Positions 7,148-16,868 are shown, numbered from the stretch's first letter. The stretch: 17,201 nt of DNA from a bacterium (GCA_046759165.1 JBHIBS010000029.1:1-17201), one strand, 5' to 3'. Notes: a model not told the origin generated them from the sequence alone. Translations and numbers: made by a program.

Positions 7148-7663
7148 ATGAGGAAGAATATTCTCTTTACTGGTAGACCCGGCGTGGGAAAGACCAGAGT
7201 TATTATGAATTTGATTAGTGGGTTGGAAGGAGTGGGTGGATTCTATACCGAGGAGATCCGCCAGAAAGGGGAGAGGAAAGGATTCAGAATTGTCACTCTC
7301 AGGGGGAAAAAGGGAATCTTGGCCCACAAGGATTTAAAAAGCCCTTATCGAGTGGGAAAATATGGAGTTAATATTGAAGATTTGGAGAATATTGCCGGGA
7401 AGAGTATTCTTCTTGCTCTAAATGATGATAAGAAGAAGATTGTCCTCATCGACGAGATTGGAAGAATGGAACTCTACTCTCCCAAATTCCAGCAGGCAGT
7501 AATTAAAGCACTTGGTAGCCCCAAAAGAGTAATCGGTACGCTCCAGGAGAGGCATAATAAGTTTATTGATGCCATTAGAGAAAGAGAAGATGTGGAAATT
7601 ATTGAGGTAACTTTGGAAAATCGAAATAGATTGCCAAAGGAGTTGAAAAAGAAAATCCTCTAA
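7148..7663 (+). CDS. Nucleoside triphosphatase, THEP1/NTPase_1 family
   Basis: Likely start ATG 7148. Walker A TGRPGVGKT, GGFYTEEIR...RKGF, RVGKYGV and Walker B IDEIGRME. Confidence 0.92.
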   Translation: MRKNILFTGRPGVGKTRVIMNLISGLEGVGGFYTEEIRQKGERKGFRIVTLRGKKGILAHKDLKSPYRVGKYGVNIEDLENIAGKSILLALNDDKKKIVLIDEIGRMELYSPKFQQAVIKALGSPKRVIGTLQERHNKFIDAIREREDVEIIEVTLENRNRLPKELKKKIL

Positions 7664-7714
7664 GTCAAAAAATGGTTACCGAAAGCTTCAGCGTGCGAAA
7701 TTAAGATACGGAAG

Positions 7715-8503
7715 ATGGGCGTTATTGCTTTATTAACAGACTTTGGACTGAATGACAATTTTGTGGGAGTTATGAAGGGAATAATATATCGTATTAATCC
7801 CGGGGTAAGAATTGTTGACCTCTGTCACCAGGTAGAGTCCCACAATATCAGCGAGGCAGCTTTACTTTTGAAAAGCTCCTACCCATATTTCCCTGAAGGC
7901 ACAGTCTTCCTGGTAGTAGTAGACCCTGGAGTGGGGACTATGCGGAAATCTGTAATAGTCGAAACAGAAAGGTATCTCTTTGTAGCGCCCGATAATGGGG
8001 TTCTATCCTTTCTTATGAAAAGAGATGTAAAAAGGATTATCCAGATCACCAATGAAGAATATTTTCTGAAGCCAGTGTCTCGCACCTTTCATGGTCGAGA
8101 TATCTTTGCTCCGGTAGCAGCCCACCTTTCCAAAGGAGAAAATGTAGAGAAATTCGGCCCGCAGGTGAGAGAGATAGGTAGACTAGAATTTCCTGAGCCT
8201 CAAGTCAAAAAAAAGCGCCTGGTGGGCGAAGTCATATATGTAGACCATTTTGGAAACTTGATTACCAATATTAACCAGGATACTTTTCTCCGATACATTG
8301 AGGGCAAGAAATTTCAAATAGTTATAGGGAAAGCGAAGATATCGAAAATCAGTTCCTCTTATGAGGAAGGTAAACAGGGTCTGCCCATTGCCGTATTTGG
8401 CAGTTTCCATAATTTAGAAATTTCGTTCTACCGGGATAATGCCTTCCGACGTTTGAATTTAAATAAGGGTAGTAAAATTTATATACAGAAAAGCACCACT
8501 TGA
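7715..8503 (+). CDS. SAM hydroxide adenosyltransferase / chlorinase-fluorinase family (DUF62)
   Basis: LLTDFG, VVVDPGVGT, APDNG, SRTFHGRDIFAPVAA and YVDHFGNLITN motifs. Confidence 0.93.
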   Translation: MGVIALLTDFGLNDNFVGVMKGIIYRINPGVRIVDLCHQVESHNISEAALLLKSSYPYFPEGTVFLVVVDPGVGTMRKSVIVETERYLFVAPDNGVLSFLMKRDVKRIIQITNEEYFLKPVSRTFHGRDIFAPVAAHLSKGENVEKFGPQVREIGRLEFPEPQVKKKRLVGEVIYVDHFGNLITNINQDTFLRYIEGKKFQIVIGKAKISKISSSYEEGKQGLPIAVFGSFHNLEISFYRDNAFRRLNLNKGSKIYIQKSTT

Positions 8504-8542
8504 TGCAACTGTTGAGACTTAATCCTATTTTGGAGGTATCAA

Positions 8543-9043
8543 ATGGAAATTGTTGGAATGGTCATCTTTATGGTTGTTCTCCTTGTAGGGGTTATCTCTC
8601 CCTTTTTTGGATTACCGGGAACCTTCATTATTGTCGCTGACGCCTTGATTTATGGGTTAATTAACCGTTTTCAAAAAATAACAATCTGGTTCTTACTTCT
8701 CCTCTTAGGAATGGCAGTTGCGGGTGAAATTTTCGAATTCTTTTCCAACATCTTTGGGGCAAAGCATTACGGTGCTACGAGATTGGGTTTGATAGGCGCC
8801 TTTTTAGGAGGCATTGGAGGTATTTTTGTGGGGAATTCTCTGCTCCCCTTTCTTGGTCCATTGTTGGGTGGATTGATTGGTGCATTTGCCGGGGCTTTCC
8901 TTTTTGAACTGCTCGGGAAGGAAGGGCCAAAAAAAGCTATTACTGCCGGAATAGGTGCTTTTCTGGGGAGAGTGGCAGCGGTTTCAGTAAAAGTGTTTAT
9001 CACTATCATAATGGTCGTCCTGATAGTGACCAAGGTTTTATAA
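8543..9043 (+). CDS. DUF456 (YqgC-like) membrane protein
   Basis: Gly-rich multi-TM protein with GLPG, GAKHYGAT, GAFLGG and GAFAGAFLFEL. GGAGGT RBS. Confidence 0.8.
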   Translation: MEIVGMVIFMVVLLVGVISPFFGLPGTFIIVADALIYGLINRFQKITIWFLLLLLGMAVAGEIFEFFSNIFGAKHYGATRLGLIGAFLGGIGGIFVGNSLLPFLGPLLGGLIGAFAGAFLFELLGKEGPKKAITAGIGAFLGRVAAVSVKVFITIIMVVLIVTKVL

Positions 9044-9055
9044 GGGAAGGAAACT

Positions 9056-10027
9056 GTGCTTGAGTACGTTGTTCGCAGGCTATTGTTCATCATTCCGCTC
9101 CTTCTGGGAATTACAATCATCACTTTTGTGGTCATTCATCTCTCTCCTGGAGGACCTGCCGATATGCTCACTGGACTCAGCCCAAAAGTGGGTGCTGAGG
9201 CTAAAGCCCGCCTCCACTCCCTCTACGGGCTGGATAGACCGATTCACGTCCAGTATTGGCACTGGCTAAGTCGGATAGTGCGGTTCGATTTTGGAGAGTC
9301 CTTTAAAGACGGGCGCCTGGTGATTACAAAAGTCTTGGAAAGGCTTCCAGCAACTTTATTATTAAATGTCCTCTCCCTGCTTCTCATCTTTTTTATTGCC
9401 CTGCCGATTGGGATTACCTCTGCGGTTAGACAAGATTCCTTTTTCGATAAAGGGATGACAGTATTTGTTTTTCTGGGTTTCTCCGTGCCCGCTTTCTGGC
9501 TCGCCTTGCTTCTAATGCTGCTTTTTGGTGTAGTCCTGGGTTGGCTTCCCATTTCAGGTATGCATTCCGTCAATTTCCTCTATTTTTCTTTCTGGGGAAA
9601 GCTCTGGGACATTATTAAACATTTAATCTTACCTGTTTTTGTCTCTGCTTTTGGCGGGCTGGCATACCTGTCCAGATATTCGAGAGCGAGCATGCTGGAG
9701 GTACTCCGTCAGGATTATATCCGCACCGCCCGCGCCAAGGGAGTGCCTGAGCAGAAGGTGATATATAAACATGCCCTGCGGAATGCTCTAATTCCCATTG
9801 TTACTCTTTTGGGACTATCACTTCCCGCTTTAATCGGAGGCGGATTTATTTTTGAAACCATTTTCGCCTGGCCTGGAATGGGACGCCTCGGTTATCAAGC
9901 GATTATGTCCAGGGACTATCCAGTAATTATGGGTGTGGGAGTTATTGCTGCTCTTCTCACTCTATTAGGTAATCTAATTGCCGATATAACTTATGCGTTT
10001 GTCGACCCCCGCATTAGATATAGATAG
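9056..10027 (+). CDS. oppB: Peptide/nickel ABC transporter permease (OppB/DppB)
   Basis: YVVRRLL, GLDRP..QY, DFGES, RLPATL, EAA loop [17 protein letters not shown] and DPRIR. Confidence 0.93.
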   Translation: MLEYVVRRLLFIIPLLLGITIITFVVIHLSPGGPADMLTGLSPKVGAEAKARLHSLYGLDRPIHVQYWHWLSRIVRFDFGESFKDGRLVITKVLERLPATLLLNVLSLLLIFFIALPIGITSAVRQDSFFDKGMTVFVFLGFSVPAFWLALLLMLLFGVVLGWLPISGMHSVNFLYFSFWGKLWDIIKHLILPVFVSAFGGLAYLSRYSRASMLEVLRQDYIRTARAKGVPEQKVIYKHALRNALIPIVTLLGLSLPALIGGGFIFETIFAWPGMGRLGYQAIMSRDYPVIMGVGVIAALLTLLGNLIADITYAFVDPRIRYR

Positions 10028-10041
10028 GAATGGGAAAATAG

Positions 10042-10878
10042 ATGTGGAAGATTATCTGGAGAAGATTTAGAAGAAACAAGTTGGCTCTGTTTGGAGCTCT
10101 CATCATCCTGTCCTTAGCACTGGTGGCAGTTATTGCTCCTCTCATCGCTCCTTTCAATCCCAACCAGCAGGATATTCTCCACAGGTTGGAACCACCTTCT
10201 GTTAAGCATCCTTTGGGAACCGATGACCTGGGAAGGGACCTTCTCTCCAGGATAATATACGGGACTCGAGTTTCGCTCCTTGTGGGATTTGTGGCAGTGG
10301 GGATTGCCATCATAATAGGAAGTTTCCTCGGGCTTCTCTCTGGATACTTTGGAGGGTGGCTCGACGCTCTAATTATGAGATTTGTAGACATAATGCTCTG
10401 CTTTCCCACATTCTTCTTAATCTTAATGGTAATTGCCTTCCTTGAGCCCAATATCTGGAATATAATGGCAGTTATCGGGCTGACAAGCTGGCCTGGCTTG
10501 ACAAGACTCGTCAGAGGTGAATGTCTTTCAGTAAGGGAAAGGGAGTTCCTCCAGGCAGCCAAGGCATTGGGTCTTTCAAATAGAAGGGTGATGTTCGTCC
10601 ATCTATTGCCCAATATAATGGCTCCCATTCTGGTTACAGCCACACTGGGTATTGGTGGAGCAATTTTGACTGAATCAGCTCTATCCTTCCTCGGTCTGGG
10701 TGTCCAGCCGCCAACTCCCAGCTGGGGTAATATTTTAAGTGCAGGCAAAGATTATATCACTATGGCCTGGTGGCTTTCTTTATACCCTGGCCTGGCAATT
10801 CTTATTACAGTTCTGGCTTATAACCTCCTGGGTGAGGGGCTGCGCGATGTGCTGGATCCCAGGATGATGTTAGAATAA
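10042..10878 (+). CDS. oppC: Peptide/nickel ABC transporter permease (OppC/DppC)
   Basis: HPLGTDDLGRD, EFLQAAKALG, HLLPN, ESALSFLGLG, PSWG and GEGLRDVLDP. Confidence 0.93.
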   Translation: MWKIIWRRFRRNKLALFGALIILSLALVAVIAPLIAPFNPNQQDILHRLEPPSVKHPLGTDDLGRDLLSRIIYGTRVSLLVGFVAVGIAIIIGSFLGLLSGYFGGWLDALIMRFVDIMLCFPTFFLILMVIAFLEPNIWNIMAVIGLTSWPGLTRLVRGECLSVREREFLQAAKALGLSNRRVMFVHLLPNIMAPILVTATLGIGGAILTESALSFLGLGVQPPTPSWGNILSAGKDYITMAWWLSLYPGLAILITVLAYNLLGEGLRDVLDPRMMLE

Positions 10879-10883
10879 GTAGA

Positions 10884-11882
10884 ATGGTAATGGAAAATGT
10901 ATTGGAAGTGAGAAATCTCTCAGTTGAGTTCTATAAAGGAGGGAAAGTTATACAGGCTCTTAGAGATGTTTCGCTCACTCTGAAAAGTAACGAAGTCTTA
11001 GGTATAGTTGGTGAATCTGGCTGCGGAAAGAGCACACTTGCTCTGTCCATACTGAAATTAATCCCAGAAAGAGAGGGGAACATTGTATCGGGCGAGGTCC
11101 TTTTTAAAGGAGAAGACCTCCTGAGGTTATCTGATGAGAAATTGCTCCAGATAAGAGGAAATAGAATCTCGATCATTTTTCAAGACCCCTTTACTTCTCT
11201 AAATCCCGTATTCAGGATAGGCAATCAGATTGTTGAATCTGTCACTCTCCACAGGAAAGAAAACTTGTCTACTCACCAGATGGAGAAAGAGATAATCAAG
11301 GTCCTCGAACTGGTCAAGATGCCGAAGCCAAAAGATACGATGTGGTCCTATCCTCATCAGCTGAGTGGAGGAATGCAACAGAGAGTGATGATTGCCATAG
11401 CTCTCTCCCCCAATCCTGAAATTTTGATTGCCGATGAACCAACCACAGCACTGGATGTCACTATTCAGAAGGAGATACTAGACCTTCTGGCTGAACTCCA
11501 AAAGAAGCTGGGACTTTCAGTAGTCTTGATTACTCACGATTTCGGGATAGTCGCTGGGACCTGTCAAAGGGTCTCGGTTATGTATGCGGGAAGCATAGTT
11601 GAGGAAGCATCGACTTCTGAAATTTTTTACAATCCTCTCCATCCCTACACCCAGGGCCTCCTCGAGTCTCTTCCCTCAAGAAAAGAACCACCAAGTTCCC
11701 CCCAAGGTGAGAAGAGAAGACTTAAAGCTATTCCCGGACAAGTCCCAGACCCCAGCAATTTACCTTCAGGGTGCAAATTTCATCCCAGATGTCCTATAGG
11801 TTCTGAGGATTGCAAAGTGGAAGAGCCAAGCCTCATGGAGCTAACTAAAAACCATTGGGTGAGGTGTATTCGTGCCGGCTGA
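10884..11882 (+). CDS. oppD: Peptide ABC transporter ATP-binding subunit (OppD/DppD)
   Basis: GESGCGKS, FQDP, YPHQLSGGMQQR, ADEPTTALD, ITHD, HPYT and C-terminal GCKFHPRC...C...C. Confidence 0.93.
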   Translation: MVMENVLEVRNLSVEFYKGGKVIQALRDVSLTLKSNEVLGIVGESGCGKSTLALSILKLIPEREGNIVSGEVLFKGEDLLRLSDEKLLQIRGNRISIIFQDPFTSLNPVFRIGNQIVESVTLHRKENLSTHQMEKEIIKVLELVKMPKPKDTMWSYPHQLSGGMQQRVMIAIALSPNPEILIADEPTTALDVTIQKEILDLLAELQKKLGLSVVLITHDFGIVAGTCQRVSVMYAGSIVEEASTSEIFYNPLHPYTQGLLESLPSRKEPPSSPQGEKRRLKAIPGQVPDPSNLPSGCKFHPRCPIGSEDCKVEEPSLMELTKNHWVRCIRAG

Positions 11883-12690
11883 GGAAGTTATGTTAAACGT
11901 TGAGAATCTGAAGAAGTATTTCCCCGTAGAGCGGGGAGTATTCAGGAGGATTGTCGATTATGTACGGGCTGTTGACGGCATCTCATTTGAAATCAGAAAA
12001 CGGGAAGTCTTTGCTCTGGTGGGGGAATCAGGTTGTGGCAAGACCACCACAGCAAAGCTGATTGTGGGGCTACTTGAGCCCACAGATGGGGGAATTTTTT
12101 TCTATGGCAAGGATATTTATTTACTGGGAAGAAGAGAGCTGGCTCGAAAAATACAGATAATTTTCCAGGACCCCTTTGCCAGTCTCAATCCCAGGCTCAC
12201 AATAGGCACTATTGTTGGAGAAGCAGTTAAGTATAGATTAGAATTTGCTGGTGAAAAGGTAAAGAGTAAGGAAATAAGGAAGGAAACAAAAAGACTTTTA
12301 AATCGAGTAGGGTTGCCAGTTAATATTTTAAATGAATATCCCCATCAGTTCAGTGGAGGTCAAAGACAGAGAATCGGAATTGCCAGGGCACTGGCCATGC
12401 AACCAGAATTGATTGTTGCAGATGAGCCAGTATCTTCTTTGGATATTTCTGTTCAGGCTCAGATTCTAAATCTTCTACTCGATTTGAGAGATTCTCTGGG
12501 ATTATCTTATCTTCTTATTGCTCATGACTTGAACGTTGTGCGGTTTCTCTCTGACAGGGTAGCAGTGATGTACCAGGGAAAGATTGTGGAGAGGGGTTCT
12601 GTCAAAAAGGTATACCAGGGGCCCCAACATTCATACACAAAGAGATTGCTTGAAGCAATACCCACTCCGGAACCTATGCCGATAGAATAA
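11872..12690 (+). CDS. oppF: Peptide ABC transporter ATP-binding subunit (OppF/DppF), short form
   Basis: GESGCGKT, YPHQFSGGQRQR, ADEPVSSLD, IAHDL and HSYT. Ends without the Cys-rich C-terminal extension. The start may instead be ATG 11890. Confidence 0.92.
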   Translation: MPAEEVMLNVENLKKYFPVERGVFRRIVDYVRAVDGISFEIRKREVFALVGESGCGKTTTAKLIVGLLEPTDGGIFFYGKDIYLLGRRELARKIQIIFQDPFASLNPRLTIGTIVGEAVKYRLEFAGEKVKSKEIRKETKRLLNRVGLPVNILNEYPHQFSGGQRQRIGIARALAMQPELIVADEPVSSLDISVQAQILNLLLDLRDSLGLSYLLIAHDLNVVRFLSDRVAVMYQGKIVERGSVKKVYQGPQHSYTKRLLEAIPTPEPMPIE

Positions 12691-12706
12691 GGAGGCAAGA
12701 TAGGAA

Positions 12707-13003
12707 ATGGCACCAAAAGCAAGCGATAGAAAGAAGAAGATTGAGGAATTGTCCCGCAAGGAGAGATTGGGAAGAGGGTTACTTAAGATCGGGGAGATAG
12801 CTAAGCTGGCAGGAGTAGCTACTTCTCTTATAAGGTACTATACGGACATCGGCTTATTAAGGGTAACGAGCTATACCAAGGGTGGTTACAGGCTATACGA
12901 CAGGGAGGAGACTATAAGGATTATTCGGCACGTAAAACCACCGGTGGAGAGACGACGTACCTTAAGAGAGATCAAGGAAAGTTTACAGAAAAGCAAGCTG
13001 TAG
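12707..13003 (+). CDS. Short MerR-family HTH transcriptional regulator
   Basis: LKIGEIAKLAGVATSLIRYYTDIGLL...GGYRLY...TLREIK. AGGAGG upstream. Confidence 0.88.
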   Translation: MAPKASDRKKKIEELSRKERLGRGLLKIGEIAKLAGVATSLIRYYTDIGLLRVTSYTKGGYRLYDREETIRIIRHVKPPVERRRTLREIKESLQKSKL

Positions 13004-13022
13004 GCGCGATTTCAAATCGTGC
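13000..13022. repeat. GTAG-type REP-like palindrome
   Basis: GTAG followed by GCGCGATTT-C-AAATCGTGC. Its TAG is the merR stop codon. Confidence 0.5.
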
Positions 13023-13048
13023 AAGTTCTGAATTTAGGATTTTTTGAA

Positions 13049-15367
13049 ATGGTCTCCATAAAGAAAGAAGATCTAAAGTCCTTACCAGCGCAGCTCTTGA
13101 TAAGAATCGACCGCCTATTAGAACCCATTCCCTGGGAACATAAAGAATTTTTGAAGAAGCTAAAAGAAGAGTCGATTAAGTCCACTCCTTCCACCAAAAT
13201 CGAAGGCGTAGATACATTTGGTTATCTTCCACAGATAAAATTATTAGGTGACAAGCTCAAAGAGAAAGAAGAGAGAGTTCTTCTGAAGGTCTCAGGGATC
13301 GCCCGCATATTTAGACCTTCAGGCAAATTGAGAAGGGGCCTGGAGTCTTACGAATACCGCAGAGAACAGGAGGAGATGGCCAAAGCAGTTGCCCACGCTC
13401 TCAATCAGGAGAGGTATCTGATTGTGGAAGCTGGCACTGGTGTCGGAAAGTCCTGGGCTTATCTCATTCCTGCCATATTTTGGGCAAAGAAGAATAATCA
13501 ACATTTCATAATTTCCACCAATACCAAAAACCTTCAGGAGCAGTTGATCCAAAAAGACATTCCCTTTTTGAAGATGTGTTTGGGAATAAATTTTTCAAGC
13601 GCTATACTGAAAGGACGAGCCAACTATCTTTGCTTGAGGAAATTGGCTTCTTTTCTCGAAGAGGTAGAGGAGATTCCTTCTTCGTTATTGAGTTTTGAAG
13701 AAAGAATCTTTCTCGTCTATCTTCTCATCTGGCTTGGTAAAACAGAATCTGGAGATGTGGAAGAGAGCATCTACTTCCGGCAAGATTCCTCTTTCTGGAA
13801 TCTCTGGGATGAGGTTTCCTCCGAGCACACTTCCTGCCTGGGAAGTGAGTGTCCATATTATAGAAGATGCTTTGTTACCAAGGCCCGGCAGAAGGCAATG
13901 GAAGCAGAAATTATTGTGGTCAACCATTCTCTCCTTTTCACTGACCTGGTAGCTGAGAAGCACTTCCTTCCTTCGTACAGTCACATTGTCTTTGACGAAG
14001 CACATAACCTGGAAAGAGTTGCCACCACACATCTAGGCGTGGAGGTATCCTATTGGACGCTGTCAAGACTGCTTAACAAAATTTATAGAAAAGAAGGAAA
14101 GGTGGAAAGGGGCATTCTGGTGAAAGTAGCAAATAGAGAAAAAGGATTAGCTAAACGCCTTGATCCCGTATTTAAGGCAATGCGCGGAGTAAAGAAGGCT
14201 TCTAAAGACTTTTTTGAAATTTTGAAGGAAAGTTCTGACCTGTTCCGCTTCGATGAAATAACCAATAAAGTAAGGTTAAGAGCAAGTAGTCCTACCCACC
14301 ATTTTCTCAGAGAACAAGTTTTAAAGCTTCTAAACATCTGGAATCGATTCTTCCATCTACTTGGAGAACTGGCCGAAGAAATAGAAAATTCTATTCTTGC
14401 AAAAGATGTAGAAGGGAAAGTGAAAGATGGCCTACAGATAGCGATGAGCCTCAATTTCGTGGCAGAGGTAAGCGACCCAAACTTCGTCTACTGGCTGGAA
14501 AGGGAGAGGGAAAGGATAAGGCTCTGCGCTGCACCCTTAGAGGTAGGGCCATATTTGAATAATCTATTATATAGCCAGATTCCCTCGCTCATCTTCTCTT
14601 CTGCCACCTTGACTGTAAAGGGAAGTTTTGACTTTTTGAAGAAGAGATTGGGACTCGACCTCCTGCCCACAGAGAAACTCTGTTCCTTCCTTCTCGGTTC
14701 ACCGTTCGACTATGAGAGACAGGTTCTGGTGAGCATCGCAAGCTTTCTACCCTCCCCCCAAGAAGAGGAGGAATATACTATCCGGATGGGTAAGACACTC
14801 ACCAAGGTCTTAGAAACTGCTAAGGGGAAAAGTCTTATTCTCTTTACTTCTCACAAGATGCTAAACGAAGTTTACCAGGAGATTAAGCCTTATCTCCAGA
14901 GGAAATTTCAAATCTTAGCCCAGGGAATTGATGGATCGAGAACGATTATTACGGATAGGTTTAGAGAAGACTTCAGCTCAATTCTTTTGGGCACTCACAG
15001 TTTCTGGGAAGGGGTCGATCTGCCTGGCAGGACTCTGGAGTGTCTAATTTTGGCCAGGCTCCCTTTTGCTGTTCCCACTGAACCTATTGAAGAGGCCAGG
15101 ATAGAGTTGATTCAGAAGAGAGGTCTCGACGCCTTTCGGGAATATTCTCTGCCCGGCGCAGTAATCAGGCTTCGCCAGGGGATTGGTCGTTTAATTAGAA
15201 CTAAAACTGATAAGGGAATAATAATTCTCCTCGACAAAAGGATTATAATACGAAATTACGGGAAAACCTTTTTAGACTCCCTGCCTGTAAAGACCTACCA
15301 TTGTCATAATCGGGAAGACTCACTTCTTATTGACATTGAAAACTGGTTTAAAACCGTAAGCCACTGA
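13049..15367 (+). CDS. dinG: DinG/YoaA-family ATP-dependent DNA helicase (Fe-S type)
   Basis: Q motif RREQ, EAGTGVGKS, STNTKNLQEQL, KGRANYLC, CLGSECPYYRRC, DEAH, SAT, LFTS, FWEGVD, RLPF and QGIGRLIR. Start is uncertain (GTG 13019 or ATG 13049). Confidence 0.92.
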   Translation: MVSIKKEDLKSLPAQLLIRIDRLLEPIPWEHKEFLKKLKEESIKSTPSTKIEGVDTFGYLPQIKLLGDKLKEKEERVLLKVSGIARIFRPSGKLRRGLESYEYRREQEEMAKAVAHALNQERYLIVEAGTGVGKSWAYLIPAIFWAKKNNQHFIISTNTKNLQEQLIQKDIPFLKMCLGINFSSAILKGRANYLCLRKLASFLEEVEEIPSSLLSFEERIFLVYLLIWLGKTESGDVEESIYFRQDSSFWNLWDEVSSEHTSCLGSECPYYRRCFVTKARQKAMEAEIIVVNHSLLFTDLVAEKHFLPSYSHIVFDEAHNLERVATTHLGVEVSYWTLSRLLNKIYRKEGKVERGILVKVANREKGLAKRLDPVFKAMRGVKKASKDFFEILKESSDLFRFDEITNKVRLRASSPTHHFLREQVLKLLNIWNRFFHLLGELAEEIENSILAKDVEGKVKDGLQIAMSLNFVAEVSDPNFVYWLERERERIRLCAAPLEVGPYLNNLLYSQIPSLIFSSATLTVKGSFDFLKKRLGLDLLPTEKLCSFLLGSPFDYERQVLVSIASFLPSPQEEEEYTIRMGKTLTKVLETAKGKSLILFTSHKMLNEVYQEIKPYLQRKFQILAQGIDGSRTIITDRFREDFSSILLGTHSFWEGVDLPGRTLECLILARLPFAVPTEPIEEARIELIQKRGLDAFREYSLPGAVIRLRQGIGRLIRTKTDKGIIILLDKRIIIRNYGKTFLDSLPVKTYHCHNREDSLLIDIENWFKTVSH

Positions 15368-15368
15368 C

Positions 15369-16868
15369 ATGGAAGAATTGCTCAAACAGATATTGAATTT
15401 TGCAACTAAATCCAAAAGAAATGTTTTTCTGGTGGGTGGTTTTTTGAGGGATTTACTACTGGGAAAGAAAACCAAGGATTTTGACCTTGTTCCCGAAGGA
15501 GATGCTGAGAAGTTCGCTAGGAGTTTCGCTACTGAAGTGGGAGGAAGTTTTGTTCTTCTGGATGAAAAGAACAGGATTTATCGGGTAGTAAAACAGAAAA
15601 TATCTGAAAGGAAAGGTAAACAGATATTCAATTTAGACTTCTCTCAAATGCGAGGGAGAAAAATAGAGAAGGATCTTTTGCTAAGAGATTTCACTATCGA
15701 TGCAATGGCTGTGAGGTTAGATTGGATAGAAGGGAACCTCGAGATCTTCAGACGGGTGAAACTCCTCCCAAAGGTAGTAGACCCTTCTGGCGGGCTGGCA
15801 GACTTGAAAAAGGAGGTGATAAGGAAAATTTCTCCCAAAATCTTTGACGATGACCCCTTGAGATTACTCCGCGGATATCGTCTGGCAGCCACTTTGGAAT
15901 TCGCTATAGAGAGAGAAACAGAGAATGAGATTAGAAAGAAAGTGGATTTAATTAGAAACGTAGCCAAAGAGAGGGTGAGGGACGAATTGTTTAAGATCCT
16001 ATCTACCCCTCGCAGTTATCTATATTTTCGAAGATTGCACACAGTGGGGCTTTTGAGCAGAATCATTCCTGAGATAGAAACGATGAAGGACAAACCTGAA
16101 AATTATTACCACCGAGAAGGGCTATGGGGACATTCTCTGGAAACTCTCAAATCTCTGGAGGAGATTCTTTCTAACTTGGTCAAGCTCTTTCCAGGAATAT
16201 CTCGCAAAATAATAGCTAATCTTGATGAGAAAATATTTGGTGAGGTAGAAAGAAAAACTCTTTTAAAGTGGGCAGCAATTTTCCACGATATCGGAAAGCC
16301 AAAGACAGTAAGAAGAGAGCATGGAAGGGTTCGGTTTTTTGGTCACGAGGAGGCTGGGACTTCTCTGGTTATCGAAATTATGGAGGGGCTTAAATTCAGC
16401 AACAAGGCAATCAAAATTGTAGAGAGAATGGTTGTGCACCATATGCGTCCCGGTAACTTGAGTGAAGCTCCTCATTTGACCGACAGAGCAATTCATCGGT
16501 TTTTTAGAGATCTCTCCCAGGAGGGAGTGGCTACTCTTCTTCTCTCTCTGGCGGATCGCTATTCTTATCGAAAGATTCTCCCTGACCGAGACATAGAGCT
16601 GGTCTCGGAGATAAGTCAAAAGTCCATAAACAAACATGAGAAGACTGTTAGAAAAATGTTAAGAAGGTACTACTACCATAAAGAGAGAATTTTGCCTAAA
16701 TCCCTTGTTCGGGGAGATGAGATTATGGAAAGTTTCAATCTTCCTCAAGGACCTCTGATTGGTAAGTTATTGAGAAGGTTAGGGGAAGCCCAGGCTGGAG
16801 GCAAATTGAAGAATAGAGAGGAAGCTCTCCAATTCTTGAAGGAGATACTGGAAGAGGAGAAATCATGA
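15369..16868 (+). CDS. Class II tRNA nucleotidyltransferase with HD domain, probably CC-adding
   Basis: VGGFLRDLLLG...DFD, RDFTIDAMA, DDPLRLLR, ERVRDEL, HD domain (H...FHDIGKP...GHE...HHM...AD), and C-terminal GDEIM...GPLIGKLL. Confidence 0.88.
   Translation: MEELLKQILNFATKSKRNVFLVGGFLRDLLLGKKTKDFDLVPEGDAEKFARSFATEVGGSFVLLDEKNRIYRVVKQKISERKGKQIFNLDFSQMRGRKIEKDLLLRDFTIDAMAVRLDWIEGNLEIFRRVKLLPKVVDPSGGLADLKKEVIRKISPKIFDDDPLRLLRGYRLAATLEFAIERETENEIRKKVDLIRNVAKERVRDELFKILSTPRSYLYFRRLHTVGLLSRIIPEIETMKDKPENYYHREGLWGHSLETLKSLEEILSNLVKLFPGISRKIIANLDEKIFGEVERKTLLKWAAIFHDIGKPKTVRREHGRVRFFGHEEAGTSLVIEIMEGLKFSNKAIKIVERMVVHHMRPGNLSEAPHLTDRAIHRFFRDLSQEGVATLLLSLADRYSYRKILPDRDIELVSEISQKSINKHEKTVRKMLRRYYYHKERILPKSLVRGDEIMESFNLPQGPLIGKLLRRLGEAQAGGKLKNREEALQFLKEILEEEKS

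Noticed and set aside
7715-8503. Fluorinase/chlorinase implying halometabolite biosynthesis
   Set aside because: There is no biosynthetic cluster context, and the TFHGRD motif fits the common DUF62 SAM hydrolase type.
10014-10748. 244-aa minus-strand ORF, and other antisense ORFs such as 3186-3668, 8767-9135 and 14083-14454
   Set aside because: These are antisense shadows of clearly identifiable + strand genes, with no recognisable motifs.
13019-15367. CasDinG / type IV CRISPR or other defence-associated helicase
   Set aside because: There are no cas genes or repeat-spacer array in the window, and the context is housekeeping.
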